The translations under genes and the position numbers were made by a program. Positions 47,153 through 57,704 of a stretch of DNA of 64,000 nt are shown here, in pieces; the stretch's first letter is position 1, and each line of letters starts with the position of its first letter. The notes below the pieces were generated by a model, which had not been told where the DNA came from, made no database searches, and saw only the letters and a list, made by a program, of their open reading frames with translations. Source of the stretch: Massalongia carnosa (taxonomy: Eukaryota); assembly GCA_965645245.1 (NCBI GenBank), contig OZ287083.1, forward strand, positions 1,054,001-1,118,000. The letters run 5' to 3'.

Positions 47153-50100
47153 GCTTAATCAAGAAAAACTGATGGAATGGGAGGACTTCAGTATATGATG
47201 TTAGTAGGCATGTAGCTTCTCGTCAAGACTGGAGTTGACAGGCGCTTGATATCTCAGGTATTTAGATGAGCTCAGCATACGAACGGGGAAAGTGGCACGC
47301 AGGCAGCAAATTGAGACATCGGAGGTCCTTATCAAGGGACGCCCTTCTCAACAATAGGATTACCCTAACACGAACGCCACCGTCTGTTGACTCGAGATCC
47401 TTGCCATGCACACTTCCATACTGCATGGCCCATCGGTTGCCAACCCTCGTTGCATAAACCCTGAAACGCCATGTGCGTCTTTTTAACTCTTGCCCCAGAC
47501 TCCTCTATACGTTAACCTATGAGCCGTGCCACGAATTTTACTCCCCGCAGATGCATTAGCCAGGTACAAGTACTGAAAGGATATTGTGTGCATTACTATT
47601 GTCCAGGTTGTGGTGTGAGACTGGTTCTTCAGTCAACTTGACTCTAGAATATGGCGGGGATAGTATCGGCAGAAATTGTGATTGGTAGCGTTGACACCAT
47701 TCTCAAACTAGACCTCATGGCGGCGCAGGCGGGGTTTCCTTGTTCACTCAACGGTATGTGTCGACGGCTTAGAAGGATCAGTCCAGCGTTTGAGCCTGAA
47801 GGCTCGCTGGAAGGTGCCGATTGGGGGCTAGAGGAATGCCGGAGACGGAGATTTTGAGTAGAGTGAGATGAGATAGATCCCTGGACTGGACGAGGACCAA
47901 AGGTTTCAGGTATGATAGACGGATATCATTAATACCATTGGTATCATAAACGGGTAACGTGTAGTTTTACGCTAGCACTTTTATGGGTTGATTTGTTGGA
48001 CTGATGTCTGATGAATTAGTGCTGGGTTGGGGAATTTCGTACACGAGTACGGAGTACTTAGTAATTGTAATCTATACAGAGGAATTCATACCAATCTGCC
48101 AATCATTTGGAACTCGAGGTACAGAGTACACCATGCGGGATTACACATGCATTTTACTGCAATGATCGTCATCGTATCTATACCATAAGCAGCGTATTGA
48201 AATCCCATCGCTTCGCGAGAAAGCACCTTCCATGAGATCTCTACGATGTTCCTCACCTGTCATCCATCCATGATTCAGTCATCCAGCTTAAATCGGTCAT
48301 GTGGATGGAATAAAGAGTACTGAATACCTAATAATGAAAGCAATCTGTTATTCAGCGTTAGGCCTGCGAACTAGTCAAGATCTAGTCATCCTGGCCGTAT
48401 CTTCTTTTGCCTAAGAGATTTGGAAGATTGCTTGCTTCCTAGAACGCTCATCCGCTGATCCGAGACTAGACTTTGCCTTTTAAAATCTTATGAAACTCCA
48501 TACAGAGTAGGGGGCGAACCAAACGATATCCTATCATCGTGATTTACGCTGATCATCCCCACGGGTAACTCGGGGAAAGTTGCTATTTCAAGGTATTTAC
48601 TTTGTACCTGTTAAGATACCTAGAAACAAGTAAGGAGAGAGGCCGTTGATCGAAGAATTTCGTCATCCGCCTAGCAAGAACTGTTGGATATCTTTCAGTC
48701 ACGGAAAAAAGGTAAAAAACCCCCGAAGCAGTGTTTGGAGGACTTTAGTCTTTGAAGTATGTCTATTGTCAAAGCACTTAGGTCTGTCATTTTTAGTTAT
48801 TGAAGATGCACACGCTCGTACTAGAATACGAGTAAAGACCTATTCTTATTCATCAGCCACCTGCTCCCGTTGCAAGGTTTAGTCTTCCTGTCTCTAGCTT
48901 TGTTGAATTTGCTACTCTAGAAATAACTTCATGACGTAAGGAGCAGCCTCTATAAATTCGTCAAGTTTTCGAATTTTCATACCGCTTCTTACTACCACTA
49001 TCCCACTATTGGGATGGAAAGCCCTCAAACCATCAGGTTTCACCCCAGAATTTTCGCGAAGTTTTAGGAGGCGTCTTTTAGTCGTCAAAAGCTGTATGTA
49101 ATTCATTATTGGTTCAACTCGGGTCCCGGCTAATGGAACATCTTGACCTTCCAGTCCTTCAGGTCTTCGGGAAAATACCATCCAGAAGAGCCTATCTTGC
49201 GTGGGCAGAAGACGGCTGATGAAAGCCAAGCTTTAGCTTTACATGTGACGCCTATCTTGAATACTGATGATAGCTAAGACTCCCGCTTGTGGTAAAGCCA
49301 CCCAAGAGTTTATAGCGAGTGGTGGATTACGTGGTATACCTGGGAGATATAGAAGACTATTTATTATCCGGAAATGCTGGCCTTCGATAACAGAACTCAA
49401 GCAAATATGGTGCTCTAAGAAGGAATCTAACATCAGAAAAAGCAGTGCCAAGTGCCAAGCGGAGGCGCCAGGTTTTTGCGCAAACGGACCCAATCCGAAT
49501 TAGCAAGTGAACCACGGACGGGTGGATGGTTTTAAGGCTAGGTATAGACGGCATGTTCGGGTCATGTTAAATCAAGCAGCAGGGCATGAACGAGCCTTTG
49601 GAAGACCCCTTTTCATGTCTCTTTCGGGAAGAGTTTCTTGGAATTCAGACCCAGAAACTAAAACGCGGCAGACGTCAAGAGGGATCGCCCGTTCTGGGTT
49701 TCTCAGTCACCAAACAAAGTTTAGCGGACGAGCTAACGGCAGAGGTTTCCTGCCATCTTTCCAATTACGTTCGATCCCACACTCCGTCGCTTTGCCTTCC
49801 TCTGCAACCTAGACTTCCACATTCCTTCTACATCCTGTACCATTCTTGTTTCCCTGAATGGGTGTTAAAAATAGTCTTGGCCCGCAAATATTTTTGTGAA
49901 TCCTAAGCCTAGAGAACATCCAAGAACTCTAGGGCTATGATTCCCTGAAGTCTAATACCATTTAGGTACCCATGCCCTTTGAGGATGCTGTAGCTAGATA
50001 CGGAATCTGATATGACCAGATGGGTGGGACCAAGCAGCTCCGGCATGAACAGAAGAAGAAGAAGAAAGGTCATCCACTCAATCCAGCCTCCCACCCTCAA

Positions 50101-50509
50101 GAATAATTTACCTTTCTCGACCTCTCGGCGTTGCTCCATGATTAATGCCAGTCAGCTTTGGCACACCCTTTCGATCAAGTATGCGTGGCTTCATGTCTCT
50201 CAAGTACCAATTTTGCGACTCGTCCTCCCCGAGGACTTGTAGCTTCAGCGTTAAAGATGGACATCCTTCGTACTGTCCAAGTTGAGTTGCAAGCAGTTCT
50301 ACCCAAACCTCCCGGGCCTAAGGAAGAAGCATACACGCTTACCAAAGTTCTACTTTGTCCAAGATACATGCATGTCAAGCTGTCACTCCTGCAGCTGCCA
50401 TAACAAAACCTACATACGCATACTCGCTTACGAGCCATTAACGAGTTAAAACGAAAACCACGAAAGCGTTGTCCGTCATGCATAAATAAAAATCTAGCCC
50501 TCCCTTCCA

Positions 50510-51157
50510 TCACCATGAGTCGTTTGAGTCCCCACCTTCAGAATAGGGTGGAGGACTTTCTCCCCAATGTCCACATCGATGTCTCCTCTCTCCCATTTTC
50601 TCTCCCATTATCCCCATTCTATAGCTACCACCGATTGGCCCTACCCGATCCCAACTCCCCGTTCCATGTCTACGCCTCATTCTATCTGCTCTAATCCTGG
50701 ACCTTGAAGGAATCAGGTCTGGTATCCACTCTTCGCTGCCGATGACGTGGTCCTCGCTAAAACATGAGTCGCCATAGCGGTCATTGATTTCGTTATCTGT
50801 TCCATGTTGATGTCCGTGTCGACTGTCCTCTTGCGGCATCCCTAGATCATTTCGTTCGCCATGCCCCATATCCACGCCCGGTCCCGACTATTTGGTCAAG
50901 TATTTGATCGTTGAGAAGTCTGGCGTTCATCCGAGGCGAGGACGATCCTGATGACAATGGGTCGCACCGTGAAAGCTACTTTCGCCATGTTGTCCACCAT
51001 GATATCCACTCCTTCCATGACCACATGTTTGAGCATAAATCTCTTGCCAATATGGCGATCCCCGGAGTAAAGGCCCTCTAGAATGGGGACAATATCTGCT
51101 GTGCGCGGCTTCACGCCAGTGGGTTACGCCTTCCTCATCTCTAGCGCGTTGAGCCAT
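50510..51157 (-). pseudogene. Possible pseudogene or orphan: His/Gly/Arg-rich ORF with two in-frame stops
   Basis: ORFs 50927-51157 and 50510-50875 are in the same frame and have similar composition. They are separated by TGA (50927-50929) and TAG (50888-50890). The frame ends in a PPPY motif. Confidence 0.35.
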
Positions 51158-52359
51158 GAGATAGTTTTCGAGGACGATTTATGCCCTGTTTGTCAAGAGT
51201 TTGGCAGAACTCAAGAGTAACCACTAACCGCTATAGATATTGAGAATCATCCTTCAAGGCTAGATTGGTGATATTTCTAGCAAAGGAAGCTTCGGTTCCA
51301 AGAGGTAAGCACGTTGAGGGCAAGGGAAAGATTGATCTAAAATGTAACGAAGCGTCGATGTATTCTGCAGATAGGCCTACTATCAGAGCAGTAAATCCGC
51401 GATCTTTCACTGAAAAACTAACGTGCACAAGACCCAGAGTGAGAATCTTAACTGCTAAAGAATGATTCTTGAAGCTTGATGCTTAATGCTTTTTGTTCAA
51501 GGTAGGAAAGTTCCAGAGAATAACAAAGAAAGAAGAGAACTCCGAGAACTATTGCGGACTTATGTATATATATACCCCATGACTCCTGCGGGCGCTGAAG
51601 ATATTGCAAAATTTCTCAAATATCCGACTTAGCTATTGCAGTCTTATGTTGCGATAATGCACAAATAAATACCCTTTTTTCCATCTTGACCAGTCATCGA
51701 GCGTGCGTCACCATCTCATAGCCTCTTCGGGAAGGGGCATGTGAGTCCACGGTTTGTTGAAATGCTTGGAAGAGTGGGAGGAGCAACTGAATGTTCTTGG
51801 GGATGTGCATGGAACCGTTTTTCAAGTGTGCATCTGCGTACTCTTGCAGTTATATTCATCCTCCCTTCTCCCTTAAGGAAAAAGGGTTCCTTGATGGCAA
51901 CTGCAAGAGGAGCATCTTCCGATGATGTGTTTTTTATTTAGGTTTTAATTCGTGTTTTCACTCTTCCCCTTGTTCTGGTCGAGTCATACAAGCAACGGAT
52001 GGATTGGAGGAATCGTCTTTTTTCGGCTTTTTTTTTAAATTTAGTTGTTTCTTTTCTCTTCTGCTGTTACTCGAGTCATACATCGAAATAGCAACATAGA
52101 AATATCGGAAGATTGGGTCAGAGGCGAGTGAGAACGCGGTGAATGCTTGACGATGATATAGTGAGTTTATGAAATGGGGTTTTGATTTTATTTTGCTGGT
52201 TTAATTCACAACTTAAAACCACATTTTCCCCATGCTTTATTGAATCACCCCAAAAAGCCAACGCCAGGTTTCTGCTACCGATATCCAGAGCGGAAAAGAG
52301 CTGAAGGAGGGAGGGAAAGCTGTTCGTTTTGATGGACAGGGAACGCATGTAGGCATGCA

Positions 52360-53640
52360 TGCAGGAATGCAGGAATGAATGAATGTAGGTGGGTAGGTAG
52401 GTAGGAAGAACGAATGAAAGAAAAAGATTGGGAGTTCTGAATTGATTCATTGATTAATTGATTGACTGATCTATCTAGTTGAACCAACAATAACATCGTC
52501 CTCCTCCTTCTCCCCTCCCCGTGCTCTATCTTTTCTTTTCTTCTCTTCCTTGCTTTCTGCTTCCTGATCAATATACTATCCACAACCCCTCCCCTCCATC
52601 TCTCCACTTTCTTCAAAAATGAATTTTCACGTTTTCACGTTTTCACGCCTTCTATTTCCACTTTGGGGATTTTATACGCTGTCTTCTCCTTGTCTTTTCC
52701 TCGTCATCATCTCACTCGATGTCCTCCCCTCTCTCTCTCGCTTGCTCGCTCGCTCCTGGTTCCTTATCCCCTTTTCCAAAGTGCCAAGCTGGATAAAATG
52801 TATGTTGTGTGTACTCAACGGCATTTCTCGAAATTTTGGGCTCGACTTGATGGAGGGGAGGGAAGGGGAAGCATAGAAGACTTTATGCTCTTCCTCCCAT
52901 CGAATCCTATATTCACTCCTTTGATTATCCGAAATATCGGGGAAAATATCTATCAGCCAGATCCCGATATGCTGGATTCTCGACAATCTTCGACGAGCAA
53001 GTGGAAGATTTCTAATCGTTAGGAAGAAAGAGAAGAAGAAGAATAAGTAGAAGAGATCTATTCATGCAAGTAGAGAACCAGGTAATCAGTCCGAGATTCC
53101 ACAGATCCACAAACACCCCACTTCCCCTTCCTATTCCCGTTTTTACATGGGTACTCTTCACGTTAACGAAAACCAGGAAATACAAGACCAAGACACATAG
53201 GTATTCGATGAATGGATGGAGGGAGGGAGGGAGAGGAATAGCTAGCTAGCTACGTAGATAAGGGTTGGAGAGATAGGCTGCTCGGGGGAGGGGGGAAGGG
53301 GTTGGAAGGGAACTTGACTTGAATTGACTGGTCGGCGTGCTGGCTGGCTGGCTGGCTGGTCGGCTGGTGAAAGGAAAGGAAAGGACGTAAAGTGAAGAGG
53401 GTGAGCAAGTATGTACCTATGCAGGTCCTGCCAGAGCGAAGAATGTTCCAGGCGAAACCTCACGGAAACGATAAACCGGAAACGACCAGAAACAACCAGA
53501 AACAATGAAACTACGCCACAGAAACGAGGAGAGGAGAGATGAAAGTAACCTGGTGAGAAGGAAAGGGAGCGGAGAAAGCTCCCGAACTTGTTATTCTGCT
53601 ACCTTACCCCCCCCCCCCCCCTTTTTTTTTTGGAAAGAAA
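52360..53640. repeat. Low-complexity / microsatellite-rich intergenic tract
   Basis: Short runs of (GAAT)n, (GTAG)n, (TTGA)n, (CT)n, (GAA)n, (GGAG)n, (GCTG)n, poly-C and poly-T. Confidence 0.7.
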
Positions 53641-54024
53641 AACGCAGAGGTATGTACGTCAAAGGGGAGGTGTACCTTGGGATGATCCGAAGGGCGCGGA
53701 TGATGAAGGTAATTAGCTGAGGGGAGGGGGATTTGTGTATTTCTGTTCGCATCATCGGATGCAGGTCAAGGAACGATGGAGGATGAATAAAATATACATT
53801 TGAATAAGAATATTTACCGATCCCTATCCTTCTGCTGGATGATAGATGCATTCATGAAGCGATAATACAGTCTTCCATCCCATGGCATCCGATGGCCTTA
53901 CATGCAAGAAGCGAACGGAACATAAGCGCCCAATGCCCAGCTCCTTCCCATTCGCCGGGTAAAGCGCCTCTCGCAACGGTCACAAACGGAAGATTTCTAA
54001 ATCGCCTCTCCAGCAATGAAGGAA

Positions 54025-56937
54025 TCAATGCATCACGCTTTGCCTCCATCGATCAATCATGTCCCGCTGCTTAGGATTTAATTCCAGCGGTGCCTGTCCC
54101 AGCTGTAAGCCCGTCACATTATACGGCACAGGGGTGTTGTAGAGCATTGGGTTCGGGTATGGCCCCGCTCCCTCCATGGCATGGGCGTAGGGTAGGCCGA
54201 AGCTTGGGTGAACAGCTGCAGGGAGACTGGCGCGGTTCCTAGCAGGATCGAGCATGCCGAGCCGAGAGGCCATGGTGATGTACTTCGTCGAAGCCCGCTG
54301 CTGCTCCTGCGTCCATTGCGTCTGTTGCCCAACGACTGAAGCGCGGGCGCCAGCCGCGGGATGCACTTGTAGTAAATCAGCCATGCTGCGGCGGTTGGTG
54401 AGAGGAGGGCAGGAAGCGGGGACATCGCTGCTGACCCCGGCGGGTTTAGCATCACCCTCGGCTTGAAGGCGTTGGCGGCGCTGAGCCAGGGTTTCTTCTT
54501 CAAGATCCGGGGTTTCGGGAGGAGGGACAGTTGGTGCCGTGTTGGCAGGGTGGGTTGAATGAAGGCCACCGAAATGGCTCATAACCTCGCTGGCGAAATC
54601 TCCGCTGACAGGCCTCAGTGCTCCGGTGGAGCTTCGGTTACGGAGCCTCTCACGCCGTTGAGCCAAGGTTTCGCCCTCGATTTCGACGACATCTTCTTTT
54701 TCTTTGGCGTCCGTAAAGCCGGGAATGTTTAGGGTGTACATGCTTGCTCTTCGATCTGGACTTGCGTTTCGCCGGACCGGATCTTCGCCTCGAAGTCTGG
54801 CACGCCGATGGCTCAATGGCTCGTTATCCTCCATCTCGCGCCTTGCTATCAACCCAAGCGGTCTGTCCTCGTCGAGGCGGTTAACATTCAACCTACCTCG
54901 GGGAAACAACATCCCCAAAGGCACGTCGTCATGGTCCTGGTTCTCAATGCCAGGAGGTTGCGCGTTATCGTCTTCCCAGGCAAGCTTGACATGCTTCTGC
55001 TTTCTCGACTGCCGCTGTACATGTGCAACGGCGTCGAGCTCGAGCAACGTTGACTGCATGCCATCAGGAAATGCAGTTGCTGCAGTGCGGTTTCGCTGCT
55101 TTTGCTGCTGCTTCCGAAGCTGTAATTCTGCAAGGAGAGTTGTGGGTTGGCCGCTGTACTGATCATGTTCGCCATTCTCTCCGTATTCGTTATCGACTTC
55201 AAACTCTTCTGGTGCGTCATGATATTCAATATCGTCCTCCGGCACAGCACCCCTAGCCTGAGATGAAAGTTCATCATCAAGGTGGTGGAGGGGGGTCTCT
55301 TCGCTGTGTAGGCTTGCTGCACCAGCCTCATCAAGGTTGATTGTGTCACCAACAAGCCGTCCACTACTCTTTCTTTTCCCTAGCTGTGCACCGAAACTTA
55401 GCACAGTACTGTTCCGAGTCTTGAGGCCGTCCAATAGTTCCGAAGCGCTGTTTCTTTTCTTGAGTAGATTGACAGAGTTTCGTTTACGGTCGCCCGCCTG
55501 CTCGACTGAGGCGTTGGCGGGCTTGAACCTGGGGGCTGGTTTGCTATATATTTCGGCGCCCACATGCCCCACGATTGGATGATCGGTGAATGCACTGACT
55601 GGAGCAAATGCCGAAGCATCAAGGATGCTATCCAAGGTTTCAACGGCCGACTCTCCTTTAACTTCGATGTTTTGTCGAGCAGCCGGATAATCGAAAAAAA
55701 CGCTAGCCCGAAGCTGAGGTGGTAGATCGTTCATGGTTCGGCGGTTGTTGTTTCGCAATTTTGATGGTAGACCTTCTTCCGTACGTTGAGGCTGGTCGTG
55801 CTCTTGAAATATGTCGGGTAACCATGCGGCTGATTTGCGCGCATGCACGGGGAGGCCACTAAGAATTTCCGATCGTCTCTTGTCTCTCTGCGGAACCGAT
55901 GGGATTTTTGACAATCGTTGCGGTAGGTTTAGCATCATCGGCACAGGAGCTGGATAGTAGACCAGCTTCTCGTGTGGAGGCTCCACGAATGGTTCTGCCC
56001 TATCCAAGAACCCTTGGCTGTTGGGCGTTGCATCATTATTGCCGCTGTCTTGGGTCTCCAAGGAACGGGTTGCATGAGGCTCGATGTGGACCCCGTCGAA
56101 GTCGTTGAAAAGTCCGTTCGCCTGCTGGCTTGTAGCAGTCGATGCGGCAGTAGCAGGACGGTCCAACGTACCGTCCGCAGATTCTGGCGGTCTGCGTGGC
56201 GATATGTTGAGTGGACGTGGTATCTCCACATCCTCTAGGCCGTCCTCGTTGTTCCTGATCCGTAGAACTTTGGGTGAAGGCTCCGGTGGAGGCACACCGG
56301 GTATAAAGCTTTCTGCACCCTTGGACTCTAGGGGCCTGGCTTCTTGCTCGGACATGGCTAATTGTGCTAGACGGGACCCTTGAGATGCCGACCTTCCCTT
56401 GGTCGAGTGCTGTGACCACCCTGAACGGATGGAGCTTCTGGGAGATGCAAAGTAGGCCGAGGGAGAGAAGCCGCCTGATCTGGCGACATTGTTCGTACTG
56501 ATAATGGAGTCCGAGGCATGGGAACCGTAGCCGTGAGAGGTATGCCGATTGGTAGTGGCCAAATGATCACGGTCCTCAACTTGGCCTAGGGCTGAAGAGG
56601 CTCGACTTTCCGACCTCCGCTGCTCTAGTATTATTTTCCTCAGCTCTTCACCAATGTCCGACGACATGCTCAGTCGCTCTGCACTTTGCTCCAACCTTTC
56701 CACATTCCTTACGTAAGCTCCTTGTAACGACTGCAGGTCTGGTGTTGGGTGGCGCAGCAGCATTGATGCTGATCCTTCCCGAGACCTTATCCCGGATTGT
56801 GAAGGGTGTGGCACGCGACCAGGACTGAACCGCCGGGACGCCAGATTATGATCATATTGCTGAGGAGACAAAGGGGGTGAATCCAACAGATAGGGCGAGG
56901 CATCATGGTCGCACTGAGCGACAGCATTGTAAGCCAT
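54025..56937 (-). CDS. Conserved hypothetical fungal protein (970 aa, single exon)
   Basis: Long ORF with conserved-looking blocks (LRHPTPDLQSLQGAY, YYPAPVPMMLNLPQRLSK, LPPQLRASVFFD, PTTLLAELQLRK, repeated ETLAQRR.RL, MIDRWRQSV); no named domain recognised. Confidence 0.85.
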   Translation of the reverse strand: MAYNAVAQCDHDASPYLLDSPPLSPQQYDHNLASRRFSPGRVPHPSQSGIRSREGSASMLLRHPTPDLQSLQGAYVRNVERLEQSAERLSMSSDIGEELRKIILEQRRSESRASSALGQVEDRDHLATTNRHTSHGYGSHASDSIISTNNVARSGGFSPSAYFASPRSSIRSGWSQHSTKGRSASQGSRLAQLAMSEQEARPLESKGAESFIPGVPPPEPSPKVLRIRNNEDGLEDVEIPRPLNISPRRPPESADGTLDRPATAASTATSQQANGLFNDFDGVHIEPHATRSLETQDSGNNDATPNSQGFLDRAEPFVEPPHEKLVYYPAPVPMMLNLPQRLSKIPSVPQRDKRRSEILSGLPVHARKSAAWLPDIFQEHDQPQRTEEGLPSKLRNNNRRTMNDLPPQLRASVFFDYPAARQNIEVKGESAVETLDSILDASAFAPVSAFTDHPIVGHVGAEIYSKPAPRFKPANASVEQAGDRKRNSVNLLKKRNSASELLDGLKTRNSTVLSFGAQLGKRKSSGRLVGDTINLDEAGAASLHSEETPLHHLDDELSSQARGAVPEDDIEYHDAPEEFEVDNEYGENGEHDQYSGQPTTLLAELQLRKQQQKQRNRTAATAFPDGMQSTLLELDAVAHVQRQSRKQKHVKLAWEDDNAQPPGIENQDHDDVPLGMLFPRGRLNVNRLDEDRPLGLIARREMEDNEPLSHRRARLRGEDPVRRNASPDRRASMYTLNIPGFTDAKEKEDVVEIEGETLAQRRERLRNRSSTGALRPVSGDFASEVMSHFGGLHSTHPANTAPTVPPPETPDLEEETLAQRRQRLQAEGDAKPAGVSSDVPASCPPLTNRRSMADLLQVHPAAGARASVVGQQTQWTQEQQRASTKYITMASRLGMLDPARNRASLPAAVHPSFGLPYAHAMEGAGPYPNPMLYNTPVPYNVTGLQLGQAPLELNPKQRDMIDRWRQSVMH

Positions 56938-57704
56938 TCAACGACGAAAAGGAGTATTCATGTAGCGTATAAAGGAGTCGATGACAAACATCGTGGGGGA
57001 GAGAAGATCTGAGTAGAAGGAGATGAATGAGGGTTGGTCAACTTTAAGCGAAAACGCCAATAACGATCAAGGAACTAACGGGGGCCTCGGGCCTTTTGCA
57101 CCGATACGAACGACGAATTACTCGATATATGGTACTAAATGGTATTTAATGATGGTAATTGGTATTGCGTGGTATTATGTGGTATTGTGTAGTAATGTGG
57201 ACATGGACTGAGAAGGTAGTGTTCCTTCCGCAGTTCAACGTTCCACGCACTAGTCTAAATGGGAAAATCGTTGTTCGTGACTGCATCTGTTCATGACACT
57301 CCGCTATTAACCGCTCCTCCCTAATCATGATGTTGTGCGCAGTGAGCGTGCATTCGTTACAGAGTAACGGCTAGGTACTTCTCCGCACCTGGTAGGTACT
57401 ACTCTGTACTCTGTACTCTGTAAAGTACTTAGTACCTAGGTATCTAAAACCTGGTTGTAAAAACCTGATTGTAAAAACCTGATTCTGGGCGCCACGGCAT
57501 GTGCGTCCCTCCCTATCTTCTAGAGGCGTAGAAGCAACGAAGAAAGCCGGGACTCGGGAGCAAAAGGCTCCGGTGCTAGTAGGATCCTTGCACGCGTGTG
57601 CATGCGCCACCGGTAGAATGTTAATGCTGTTCCGCAATATTAATACCTGAGTAGGAAAGAAAGCCTTTCCGTCTGTCTCCACCTCGCTCTTACCTCCAGC
57701 AACC

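Noticed and set aside
48640..49910. Cluster of short ORFs that might be a decayed gene or TE relic
   Set aside because: No recognisable motif, TIR/LTR or consistent splice model could be supported by eye.
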